A stretch of 64,000 nt of DNA, from positions 62,294 through 126,293 of the IMG/VR virus record IMGVR_UViG_3300032334_001128; one strand, written 5' to 3'. Positions 54,653-63,159 of this stretch are shown piece by piece. Every line of letters begins with the position of its first letter. The stretch's first letter is position 1. A program made the translations under genes and the position numbers. The notes beneath the pieces were generated by a model. It ran no database searches. It was not told the origin of the DNA and saw nothing but the letters and a program-made list of their open reading frames with translations. The DNA comes from a virus.

Positions 54653-54948
54653 TAGTTAGCTTCTTTCTTGCTAGTTGAGTTGGTTTCATCTATGTCTTTT
54701 AGCTTTGTGGTCTGGCGGAAAGCAGCGTCAATCTCTGCTCTAGTTAGCCTTCCATCCTCTAGGAAAGCTAGAGATAGGAGTTCAACAACCTTGGCAACAG
54801 ACATAACACCGCCCATCACTGCACTAAACCAGATTGGGATATTGATTCCACTTATAGAGCCAGCAACGGATCCTGCACCAATAACTGCCAAAGCAGAGTT
54901 GACAAAGGTCGCTAAAACTCTAAGTAGTACGTTTCCAAATGTTCTCAT
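54652..54948 (-). CDS. Small 2-3 TM membrane protein (holin-like), paralog of 47148..47414
   Basis: AGSVAG..IWFSA, DGRLTRAEIDAAF. Confidence 0.7.
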   Translation of the reverse strand: MRTFGNVLLRVLATFVNSALAVIGAGSVAGSISGINIPIWFSAVMGGVMSVAKVVELLSLAFLEDGRLTRAEIDAAFRQTTKLKDIDETNSTSKKEAN

Positions 54949-57764
54949 TATTTTCTCCTGATTGTCCTGTTTGATGAACCTCCGGAACTGGAGGCTGTGG
55001 CTAAGGCTGCTGCTTGGGCAATTTGCCCAACAACAAGAGTGGTTACAACAAGGTTTTGAGCCTCTTTACGTTTCTTTGGTGAGATGTCAGCACCAACGTT
55101 TCCAACTAAGTTCAAGACGTTTGCGATGGCAACGGCTGCTTGTCCAACACCAGGAATGTTGGCAATTGACTCGTCAACAACAATGTCGTCCTGTTGGGCT
55201 GCAAGTGCAAGTGCATCCAGTGCTTGCTCGTACTCTGCTGAGCCTTCTGTGGCTGTCTCAAAGGCTACAAGGGCTGCCTCTACAAGTTGCTCTGCTTGAG
55301 CGGGAGTAAGTTCTGTAGGGTCAACGGCTGCTAGGTCGACTTGCATTAGGTCTTCAATAACTGCTGGAATCTCTGCTGAACCTTCTTCTTTCTTAGGTGG
55401 CTCCTGATTTAGAAGATCTTTGATCTGTGATAGGGAGATCTGAGAGGAAAGGGTGGAAGCTTCTTCGTTCGAAGTTGTGGCCGCGGCTTCTGCTTCTGCT
55501 AGAAGATCTTCTGCTGCTGTTTTATTTGATGTGGCAGCAGATGTTTCGTCTTGAGCTGCAGCGTAGTTGGCAGCAACTATATCTAAGGTTGCTTTAGCTG
55601 ATGCTTCATTAGATGTAGAGGTAGATGATGTGGTAACACTGAGGTCATATGTTTCTTGGGCAGAAAGTTGGGTAGCTTGTTTAGATCTTAGATCCTGATT
55701 TAAAGCTTCGTTAGAAGTTTGTAGCGCTTGACTTTGTCTAACTTCTGTGCTAAGAGTATTTTTCTTTGTCTGAAGTTTCGTTGATTCTTCATCAAAAGTT
55801 GATTGTTTGTTTGTTAGATCTTGCTGAGCTATCCTCAATGTTTGTGAGGCTGAGTCGTAAGAAGATTCAGCTTGGTTAGATGTGATTTGCTTGACGTCCA
55901 GCTCTGAAGAAAGAGTGTTGAGAGAAGTGGCAGTATCTATTACTTGGTAGTAGGCAGTTGTAGAGTTTTGGGCTGCTTGCTGTTGATTTGCTTGTGCGAT
56001 CTGCCAGTCTTCCTCTGCTTGCTGGTTAGCAAGAACGGTTGCGTCGTAATAGATTTGTGCGTTTTGTAGATTCGGTAGTAGAGCAGGGTCGTGGATGAGT
56101 GGGTGGACTTGTCCTGGAATTACCTCGGTGGTGTAGTAGGTTTCGTAGTCCCAAACAGTTTGTTCAACGTAGGTAGTTGTGGTGGTAGATGTTGTACCTA
56201 GGTGAGATGGTGGAACTAGAACATAGCCTGTCTGTGGGGTGTAGTAGTAGAGCCATACGTTAGCTCCGCCACCATTCTCGTAATAGTAGAGGGTTATGGT
56301 GTGGGTGGAGCCACCTTCAAAATAAACTGGTGCAGAGGTAGAACCGCCTCCACCTTTATCTCGCCAGTCGCTGATGATTTGAACTCCGTCGATTTGGAGA
56401 ATAGTTCCGTCATCTGCCGGAGAGTGGAACTGGTAGTTGCCGGAGGTTGGGAATGAAATGTTTCCCGTGAAACGTACAATGACATCTTCGCTTCTACCTG
56501 AGTTAAGAACCTGTCCTGATCCCCAGTTGAAGTTGATGTCTGGAACTATGGTTGTGTAGATAGGTCGTTCGTTTGAGGTAGGTAGTGGTGGAGCGTTGTT
56601 ATAACCTTGACGGTTGAATACGTCAGCGGTTAGGCCACCTGTAAGGGTTGTGGTTGTAACTGGAACAATAGTGGTGGTTGGAACTAAGCGTTCGTGCTCT
56701 TGTTCATAAGTAAGTGGAGTCCACGTTGGGTCAGGAATGAGTAAGTTGTCATAATCTGACTGTGCTTGGTTGAGCTGGTTGGTTGCTTCTTGAAGATTTG
56801 TTCGTGTGATGTTTAAAGTCTCTTGCGCATCCAGGTACTCGTTATAAACAGTTGTGTATGTATCAAGGATCTGGTTATAGTTTGAGACAACTTGGTTGTA
56901 AGTTTCCCTGGCTGCAGAAACTTCTTCCTGCTTCGTTCGAAGTTCTACGGTAGCTTTATTACGATCTCTTGCTGCTTCTTCTAGTGCTGATGTTGCCTGA
57001 TCTAATGTTTGCTGAGCTGCAGCCAACTTTGCTTGGGCTTCGTCGGAAGTCTGCTGCTGCTGTTCTAATGCTTGCTGTGCCTGAACTATGACGCCAGCTT
57101 GGACCTCAATGGCTGTCTGGCTTAAGGTAACTAGATCCTGAGCTTTTGTGGTTGCAGACTTAAAATCCTCTAGGGTTACTAGAGCAAGTTGTAAAGCCTG
57201 AAGATCTGAAGCAGACTGGGCTGAAGCCTTTGTGTGGGTTTCTGTGGCCAAATCTAGCTCGGTTTTAGCTGTAGATTGCTTGGTATTGGCTGTCTCGAAA
57301 CGCTCTAGAGCAGACGTAAGGGTACCCTTAGCTAGCTTCAGGGCTGCTAGATCTGTCTTTAGACGTAGGATTTTGTTGGTTAGAAGTTGAATCTTAGACT
57401 CTGTGTATGAGATCTCCTGGGCAATTTGTGTGTCTAAATCTGGATCTAAAGGCTTAGAAGCTTTAAGTGTGCTAAGTTGAGATATGTAAGAATCCAGTGT
57501 AGACTGGAGGTCTAGAAGATCCTGATTGGAGGGTACTGATGCAATTAACCGTAAACTTAGATAGTTTCTGGGTTGGCTTTGCTGCCAGCTGGGTTTCACT
57601 GTTTGTGATTGCTGTTGTGTTGGCAGTCCTAAAGCGGAGTAAGTAACTGCTTGGGCTACGCAGACTGGGTAGCCTACTAAGAGGGCCGTTGTGATAAGCA
57701 ACGGTCCTTTTTTAATTATCGACTTCGAGCGCTCTCCCTCGCCCTTTGATGGGCGGAGTCTCAT
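54948..57764 (-). CDS. Exported coiled-coil protein with a central PA14 domain
   Basis: Signal-peptide-like LLITTALLVGYPVCVAQA; Ala/Gln/Thr heptads; PA14 motifs INFNWG, VRFTGNI, ADDG, YYENGGGA; hydrophobic C-terminus. Confidence 0.8.
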   Translation of the reverse strand: MRLRPSKGEGERSKSIIKKGPLLITTALLVGYPVCVAQAVTYSALGLPTQQQSQTVKPSWQQSQPRNYLSLRLIASVPSNQDLLDLQSTLDSYISQLSTLKASKPLDPDLDTQIAQEISYTESKIQLLTNKILRLKTDLAALKLAKGTLTSALERFETANTKQSTAKTELDLATETHTKASAQSASDLQALQLALVTLEDFKSATTKAQDLVTLSQTAIEVQAGVIVQAQQALEQQQQTSDEAQAKLAAAQQTLDQATSALEEAARDRNKATVELRTKQEEVSAARETYNQVVSNYNQILDTYTTVYNEYLDAQETLNITRTNLQEATNQLNQAQSDYDNLLIPDPTWTPLTYEQEHERLVPTTTIVPVTTTTLTGGLTADVFNRQGYNNAPPLPTSNERPIYTTIVPDINFNWGSGQVLNSGRSEDVIVRFTGNISFPTSGNYQFHSPADDGTILQIDGVQIISDWRDKGGGGSTSAPVYFEGGSTHTITLYYYENGGGANVWLYYYTPQTGYVLVPPSHLGTTSTTTTTYVEQTVWDYETYYTTEVIPGQVHPLIHDPALLPNLQNAQIYYDATVLANQQAEEDWQIAQANQQQAAQNSTTAYYQVIDTATSLNTLSSELDVKQITSNQAESSYDSASQTLRIAQQDLTNKQSTFDEESTKLQTKKNTLSTEVRQSQALQTSNEALNQDLRSKQATQLSAQETYDLSVTTSSTSTSNEASAKATLDIVAANYAAAQDETSAATSNKTAAEDLLAEAEAAATTSNEEASTLSSQISLSQIKDLLNQEPPKKEEGSAEIPAVIEDLMQVDLAAVDPTELTPAQAEQLVEAALVAFETATEGSAEYEQALDALALAAQQDDIVVDESIANIPGVGQAAVAIANVLNLVGNVGADISPKKRKEAQNLVVTTLVVGQIAQAAALATASSSGGSSNRTIRRK

Positions 57765-57775
57765 TTAAGTACCTT

Positions 57776-57982
57776 CTATTTTGTCGGAGTATTCCAAACC
57801 GCGTCGCGGACTTTAAATACCAATTCAGCTACGTCTCCGCCGAGCTGTTCTACTGCTAATAGTAGGTCTGCTCTTTGATCGGGATCGGAGGTAACTTCGA
57901 ACTCATTGGTGATTTCGTCGACAACAAGAGTGCACAGAATGATCTTATTTAAGATCTCTGTTGGCTCAAATGGTTCGGTCAT
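57776..57982 (-). CDS. Hypothetical protein, probably leaderless
   Basis: TAAAAT-N6-ATG; 68 aa. Confidence 0.6.
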   Translation of the reverse strand: MTEPFEPTEILNKIILCTLVVDEITNEFEVTSDPDQRADLLLAVEQLGGDVAELVFKVRDAVWNTPTK

Positions 57983-58036
57983 AGGTCTATTTTATCCCGA
58001 AAACTGGAAGGGGATTATGGGGAAATGTGGTAGGTT

Positions 58037-58380
58037 AAAACTATGAAAAACAACCTAAAACCATGAAATGCAACTATATCTGAAAACGAGGCATAGTGTA
58101 TAGTAGAAATCGGTACCTTACCATAAAGTGTTGGAGAAAATGCAAAAAGTCTTGAACAGCTGCTTAGATCTGATACATTGAGATACTAGCAAAAAAATTA
58201 AAAATAAAATGAAAAAAGTTGTTATGTCATGAAACCATGAAACCATGTAACCATGTAACTCAACTATATTTTCTATACGCGTATAGAGTTCAATTCTACG
58301 CCAAGTAAAACTATAGTTGACTTACATGGTTACATGGATTTAAGTCTGTTTTAGGTTGTTTTTCATGACATTCATGGTTT
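58037..58380. repeat. Iteron and inverted-repeat region, candidate replication origin
   Basis: Tandem (T/A)AACCATG units at 58231-58257; 26-bp inverted arms (1 mismatch) around a perfect 16-bp palindrome TCTATACGCGTATAGA; outer perfect 18-bp IR (58043-60 / 58349-66); A-rich tract; no ORF. Confidence 0.7.
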
Positions 58381-58427
58381 GGTTTGTGCTAGACTGAAAA
58401 AGCAAATTTTTGTACAAGGAGAAAAAT

Positions 58428-58889
58428 ATGGAAGATAAGAATAAAGATCCGTTTTCATTTATGGATTTTACATTGGAAGAAGCGATTGAAGCGGATCAGT
58501 CAGTTGAGACTGGACGTTCTAGAGATGGAAGAGTTTGTGCTTGTGGACATCCAATGACAAGACACGTACTTGTTGCCGGACTAGTGTTCTGTAAGCCAAC
58601 CAGAATGGAATGTCCATGTAAAGAACAACGAGCTGTGATTGAGACAACAGACACAAGATCGTTCCTGAGAAAGACTGCTGGACAAGGAGCTCTCCATGCT
58701 TTAGGCAGAGGACTTCAAAATGCAATCAAAGCTGGGCACAAGGTTGAATGGCTGATTGATATGAAGTGTGATCGATGTGAAGCTGAAGGTCCGATTGCTC
58801 CAGTTGCAGTTAGCCAGCGTGGCGTTGCTATGGATGAAGCAACAGGATATGATAGGCTCCTATGCAAGCAATGCAGAACGGAAATCTAA
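58428..58889 (+). CDS. Cys-rich zinc-binding protein (start reassigned to ATG 58428)
   Basis: AAGGAG RBS; CACGH, C-x6-CPC, CDRC, CKQC. Confidence 0.75.
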   Translation: MEDKNKDPFSFMDFTLEEAIEADQSVETGRSRDGRVCACGHPMTRHVLVAGLVFCKPTRMECPCKEQRAVIETTDTRSFLRKTAGQGALHALGRGLQNAIKAGHKVEWLIDMKCDRCEAEGPIAPVAVSQRGVAMDEATGYDRLLCKQCRTEI

Positions 58890-59059
58890 TGGACACCTTT
58901 TTCAAAGTGGTTTTTGTTTGGCCACTAAAGATTGCTTTCTTCCTACTGATGACAGGTTTGGCTGTGGGCTTTGCCATTATGGTGATCTCTAAGCTAGGCT
59001 CACTAGGAAAAGACGTTACAGCAATCAAAGAGAGGATCTTCAATGGGGCTAATCAATGA
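58889..59059 (+). CDS. Small single-TM membrane protein
   Basis: TAATG coupling; long hydrophobic helix. Confidence 0.6.
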   Translation: MDTFFKVVFVWPLKIAFFLLMTGLAVGFAIMVISKLGSLGKDVTAIKERIFNGANQ

Positions 59060-59495
59060 GTCTTGGTACACATCCAATGCTGACAATTGGGGTACTCCTC
59101 AGAAGTTGTTCGACGAACTAAACACCGAGTTTGGGTTTACCTTAGATGCTTGCGCAGATGAAGTGAACTTCAAAGTCTCTAACTACTACACTAAAGAACA
59201 GGATTCCCTAAAGCAAGACTGGGAAGGAATCGTGTGGTGCAACCCTCCATACAGCCGAGCTTTAAAACTCTGGATGGCAAAAGTAGTTGAAGCCTGGGAA
59301 AATGGAGCAACCGTGGTTTGTTTAGTTCCAGCTAGAACCGATACAGGTTGGTGGCATGATTACGCCATGAAAGCTACGGAGATTAGATTCCTACGTGGCA
59401 GACTTAGGTTTGATCGACCAGGAATGAAATTAGATAACGCACCTTTCCCGAGCGCCGTGCTAGTATTTAAACCGAAATCTAAGGAAGACGATTAA
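59043..59495 (+). CDS. Phage DNA N6-adenine methyltransferase
   Basis: DNWGTP, FTLDAC, WCNPPYS, LVPARTDTGWW, IRFLRGRLRF. Confidence 0.9.
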   Translation: MGLINESWYTSNADNWGTPQKLFDELNTEFGFTLDACADEVNFKVSNYYTKEQDSLKQDWEGIVWCNPPYSRALKLWMAKVVEAWENGATVVCLVPARTDTGWWHDYAMKATEIRFLRGRLRFDRPGMKLDNAPFPSAVLVFKPKSKEDD

Positions 59496-59762
59496 ATGTC
59501 AGAAGAAAGAAAAATTGTAAGTATTGAATACTCTGAAGGATTATTCTTTAACCTCTACCACTTGGACAGCATTTCAGTCCTAGCGGCTATCGCCCTTGAG
59601 AAGGCAGATGAATCTAAGAAGCTGATCGATACCTATGAGTTGTTCTTCTACCTACTGGTGGATCCAACCGACCGTGAAGCTCTAGAGAACCTCACAGTTC
59701 CAAAATTTCAAAGTTTAGTAGAAGGATGGTTAAGTGCTTGTAAGCCAGAAGAAACACTATGA
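59496..59762 (+). CDS. Hypothetical protein
   Basis: 88 aa, operonic. Confidence 0.65.
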   Translation: MSEERKIVSIEYSEGLFFNLYHLDSISVLAAIALEKADESKKLIDTYELFFYLLVDPTDREALENLTVPKFQSLVEGWLSACKPEETL

Positions 59763-60405
59763 TGTTCTGATCGCAACTCCAGGAAGTTCTCTAAACCCTG
59801 AGTATGTGAATAGTTTGCTTGCAACCATCGAATGGTTAACCGCTAACGGCTACACATACAAGTGGTTGAATAAGTACTCTTCGTTCATTCCTAGTGCCAG
59901 AGAAATTACAGCACTTGATCAATGGGAGAACGACTGGAGTACGAAAGAAGTTGGAGCCGGGAAGTTCACCTATGGGAAGATCTTCTGGATCGACTCAGAT
60001 ATCTCATGGGATGTTGAAAGCTTTGAAAAGATTTTCAAGTCAGATCTAGATGTAGTCGGTGGATTGTACAGAACTGATCCAATGGGTACAGTAGCTTGTG
60101 CGTTCTTTGATGCTAAGCGTCGACCAACCCTGGTCCATGAGAATTCGTTCTTTATGCAAGAAGATCCAATGGAAGTCTTCGGACTCGGATTTGGATTTAT
60201 TGCCATGAAGCAGGGAGTCTTTGAGAACCTAGATCGACCTTGGTTTAGAATTCATGGAGTTCAATGGGATGAACTTGACTTTGAGTGCAATGTAGGAGAA
60301 GATTATTCTTGGTGCATGAATGCTAGGAAAAATGGATTCCAGGTATTCGTTGATCCAACAGTCAAAGTGAAGCATCACAAAGAAACGATTTATTTAGTTA
60401 GGTAG
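59734..60405 (+). CDS. GT-A-fold glycosyltransferase-like protein
   Basis: VLIATP, FWIDSD (DxD), VVGGLY, GFGFIAM, GEDYSWC, VDPTVKVKH. Confidence 0.82.
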   Translation: MLVSQKKHYDVLIATPGSSLNPEYVNSLLATIEWLTANGYTYKWLNKYSSFIPSAREITALDQWENDWSTKEVGAGKFTYGKIFWIDSDISWDVESFEKIFKSDLDVVGGLYRTDPMGTVACAFFDAKRRPTLVHENSFFMQEDPMEVFGLGFGFIAMKQGVFENLDRPWFRIHGVQWDELDFECNVGEDYSWCMNARKNGFQVFVDPTVKVKHHKETIYLVR

Positions 60406-60407
60406 CT

Positions 60408-60656
60408 ATGGCCAAGTCTTTTACCGGAAGAACCGCTTGTGGTTTTTGTGATACAGGACACCATCAAAACTGCCGACCTAAAATAACGTGGTATGACAAC
60501 GTGTGGTACTGCGAATGTAAAACTTGCCGAAAGCAAGAGAAAGAAGATACACCTCAAAATGAAGAAACTATTCAATCAATTCAAGAAGCTATTCTCGAAG
60601 AAGAAGAAGACAAAGCCGAGCTTCCTATCACCAGCGGAGATCAGGAAGCTGAATGA
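60408..60656 (+). CDS. Small zinc-finger protein with an acidic tail
   Basis: CGFC.TGHHQNC...CEC..C. Confidence 0.65.
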   Translation: MAKSFTGRTACGFCDTGHHQNCRPKITWYDNVWYCECKTCRKQEKEDTPQNEETIQSIQEAILEEEEDKAELPITSGDQEAE

Positions 60657-60906
60657 GAGCAGAGCTGAGTTTGGTAAGGTTCTAGATAATCTAAAGACTG
60701 AACTTTTAAATATCGAGAAGGACAAGTTCGTAGAAGAACTTAAGATCAATCTTGAGAAGCAGACAATTGTAAAGAAGCCTGCTGCTAAGAATCCAACCAC
60801 TCCGGCCAAGAAGACTGTAACCGCTAAGAAGCCAGCTGCAGAAAAGAAGCCAACCGCTAAGAAGCCAGCCACTAAGAAGGCGAGCCCAAAGAAGTCAGGT
60901 AAGTAA
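60559..60906 (+). CDS. Basic protein with a histone-H1-like PAKK/KKPA tail
   Basis: C-terminal KKPAAKNPTTPAKKTVTAKKPAAEKKPTAKKPATKKASPKK; only available in-frame ATG is 60559. Confidence 0.7.
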   Translation: MKKLFNQFKKLFSKKKKTKPSFLSPAEIRKLNESRAEFGKVLDNLKTELLNIEKDKFVEELKINLEKQTIVKKPAAKNPTTPAKKTVTAKKPAAEKKPTAKKPATKKASPKKSGK

Positions 60907-61118
60907 TGTCTTACTGGCAAGCACTGAAGGTAGTCCTCGGTATTGATGCTATTAAGAATCGTAGGAAGATGAATCGTCAGCGTAGGATCGATGCCTTGTT
61001 TGCAAGTTCCCACTTCCAAAAACCAGAGCGAGATGAGTATGGTAGGTGGATTGTTTCTGCCCCCAAAAAATCTGGTTGCTGTGGTGGAGAGCAGTGTCAA
61101 TGCAAGAAGTCGAACTAG
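60906..61118 (+). CDS. Small hypothetical protein with a Cys-rich C-terminus
   Basis: TAATG coupling; ends GCCGGEQCQC. Confidence 0.6.
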   Translation: MSYWQALKVVLGIDAIKNRRKMNRQRRIDALFASSHFQKPERDEYGRWIVSAPKKSGCCGGEQCQCKKSN

Positions 61119-61381
61119 TCAATGTAAAGACAGCTGCCTATCACGGGCAAGTTTCAATCAGCATGATTGGTTACATGATTCGGCGAGGATACGTAAAGCG
61201 TCATCCAATTAAACCGGAATCAAGATACTATCTAGTTGATTTGAACGAAGTCCTCACTCAGCTTGAGCTTGGAGCAGAACGGAAGTCCAAATGCTACAAC
61301 CTCCACTGGGATAAACAACCGAGGGATCGACACGGTAATTTTATTAAGTTATCTAATGATCCTCCGATCAATTTGAAGTAA
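61100..61381 (+). CDS. MerR/excisionase-like HTH DNA-binding protein (start reassigned to ATG 61100)
   Basis: VNVKTAA..GQVSISMIGYMIRRG.V...YYLVDL.EV. Confidence 0.6.
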   Translation: MQEVELVNVKTAAYHGQVSISMIGYMIRRGYVKRHPIKPESRYYLVDLNEVLTQLELGAERKSKCYNLHWDKQPRDRHGNFIKLSNDPPINLK

Positions 61382-61388
61382 CGGCGAG

Positions 61389-61422
61389 CCCCTGTAAAAT
61401 CCTTGATTTTATGGGGGTTTTT
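61389..61422 (+). terminator. Rho-independent terminator
   Basis: CCCCTGTAAAATC / GATTTTATGGGG stem followed by TTTTT. Confidence 0.75.
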
Positions 61423-61578
61423 CCGTTGTTTGTAAATAGGAAGTGTCTCTGTCAGCCAACTCACCCCAAAAAACTTTCCAGCATACTAGTACCGTCACCA
61501 AAAATGCAAATTTACGTGACGTCGGGAAGAGACTTCCAAACTGCGTAGGAACACACGCAAAAATCGGCTGGTCGCACT

Positions 61579-62607
61579 ATGTCTCTCCCCGCGGTGCGGC
61601 CAGTCTTAGAACGGACGTCTACATTGACCACCCTAAACGTCACCCCCGGCGAGGATAGCGGCGAGGATACGAATCCATTTGCCGCCCCCAAAGTTGAAGC
61701 CCCCGACGTTCGGATTGATGAACCGATCAACCTACGTCCAGATCTATCTCAGCTAGGTATCCAAGAGTCTGACCGTGGTGTATGTGAAGATACTTATGAG
61801 AACCGTGCCATCTTACGTCGAGCAAAATTTAACTGGGCTCCTGTCTACGCCACTAACGGTGTCCCAACTGGTTTGATCCAAGCTATCTCTCCCGAGATGT
61901 TAACCGAACGTCGAGTATTATCCCTCGCTGAGAAGAAACCACTTCTAACGGACCCATCAAACAAGAACTCAGATTACCTGGTTGGTTATGATCTAATAGC
62001 TGAAGAAGCAACCGACTACCTAGTCCCAGCTTGGGTCTTGGGTGCAACGCGTGCCTGGATCAAAGAACAAACAACGGACGTCGTTAGAAGTTCAAAGAAG
62101 AAACCCGCAGCCTTGCCTGCACGTTGTGCTGCTATAAAAGACGACGGCATCAGATGTCAGCTCTGGACGTCTGGTCGGATCCAAGATGACGGCCTGTGTA
62201 GAATTCACCTGGGATCGATGAAGCGACGTCCTGGTGATGACATCGAACGAGCTCGTGCAAAGTTAACCCAGGCAGCGCCTTACGCCGTCGACGTTCTCGA
62301 AGATATGATGTCTAACGCTGAGAGCGAACCGGTCAAGCTGAAGGCCGCCACTGAGATCTTGGACCGAGCCGGCGTGCGTGGTGGTGTAGAGTTAGATGCG
62401 ACGGTAAACTTAGACGTACGTCCAGCTGCTAGTATCATTGCTGAACGTCTGAACAGGCTAGCCATCAACGCCATGGAGAACGCGGCCAGCCTGGTTTCAA
62501 CGGGAGTCACTGTTGAGGCCGATAAGGACGTCCGGGATGATATAGTAGAAGCAGAAGTTGTAGAAAGCGAAGAGAATGACGACAGTACAAACGAGGTCAA
62601 GGAGTGA
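61579..62607 (+). CDS. Terminase small subunit-like protein
   Basis: Zn knuckle RC-x7-RC...CRIHLG; helical AAPYAVDVL...VKLKAATEILDRAG; acidic tail. Confidence 0.6.
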   Translation: MSLPAVRPVLERTSTLTTLNVTPGEDSGEDTNPFAAPKVEAPDVRIDEPINLRPDLSQLGIQESDRGVCEDTYENRAILRRAKFNWAPVYATNGVPTGLIQAISPEMLTERRVLSLAEKKPLLTDPSNKNSDYLVGYDLIAEEATDYLVPAWVLGATRAWIKEQTTDVVRSSKKKPAALPARCAAIKDDGIRCQLWTSGRIQDDGLCRIHLGSMKRRPGDDIERARAKLTQAAPYAVDVLEDMMSNAESEPVKLKAATEILDRAGVRGGVELDATVNLDVRPAASIIAERLNRLAINAMENAASLVSTGVTVEADKDVRDDIVEAEVVESEENDDSTNEVKE

Positions 62608-62609
62608 CC

Positions 62610-62768
62610 ATGGAACAGATTCTAGAAGCGGCGAGGGAACATGCCCAACGTCTGCAGGAAGATATCAAACAAGCTGGGAACCGTGTAGATCACATTCGTA
62701 TGACGACTCGAGCAAACGAAGCTCAGCACCTGGTGAGCTACCTGGAGCAACTTCAAACGGAGCAGTAA
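62610..62768 (+). CDS. Small helical hypothetical protein (52 aa), not in the ORF track
   Basis: AAGGAG RBS; MEQILEAAREHAQRLQEDIKQAGNRVDHIRMTTRANEAQHLVSYLEQLQTEQ*. Confidence 0.7.
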   Translation: MEQILEAAREHAQRLQEDIKQAGNRVDHIRMTTRANEAQHLVSYLEQLQTEQ

Positions 62769-62865
62769 ATGTTTAGCCGCCGGATGAGACGCAGCGGCCA
62801 GGGTTTCCGTGAAAAGTTACAAGCATTCTTGACTGAAGCGGCGAGCCATCTGGGCTATAGGAGCC

Positions 62866-63120
62866 ATGCTGGACGTGTATCGTTCTACGGCGAGCGTAAC
62901 GGGTATAGCGGCCAGCCTTGGTCCGGGTCTATTACAGCAAGCTGGTGGTTTCTATCCTAGTGTGATGGGCGGAGTGATTCAGAATGCGGGACTTCTCTTT
63001 CCCGTGGCCGCTCGCCAGGGCATGAGTCTCTTCTCCAAGTATAAGAATGCTAAGAAGACACGCAAGGCGCGGAAAACCCGCAAGACACGGAAAGCACGTA
63101 AGCAAACACGAAGGGCGTAA
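62866..63120 (+). CDS. Small protein with a KTRK-repeat basic tail, giant-virus-like
   Basis: GGFYPSVMGGV core and KKTRKARKTRKTRKARK tail. Confidence 0.55.
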   Translation: MLDVYRSTASVTGIAASLGPGLLQQAGGFYPSVMGGVIQNAGLLFPVAARQGMSLFSKYKNAKKTRKARKTRKTRKARKQTRRA

Positions 63121-63159
63121 ATTTGAACTGCCCCCTGTGCAAACTAAAAACTAGACTAT

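Noticed and set aside
58225-58340. Possible CRISPR mini-array
   Set aside because: Repeats are abutting 8-mers and inverted arms with no unique spacers; no cas genes.
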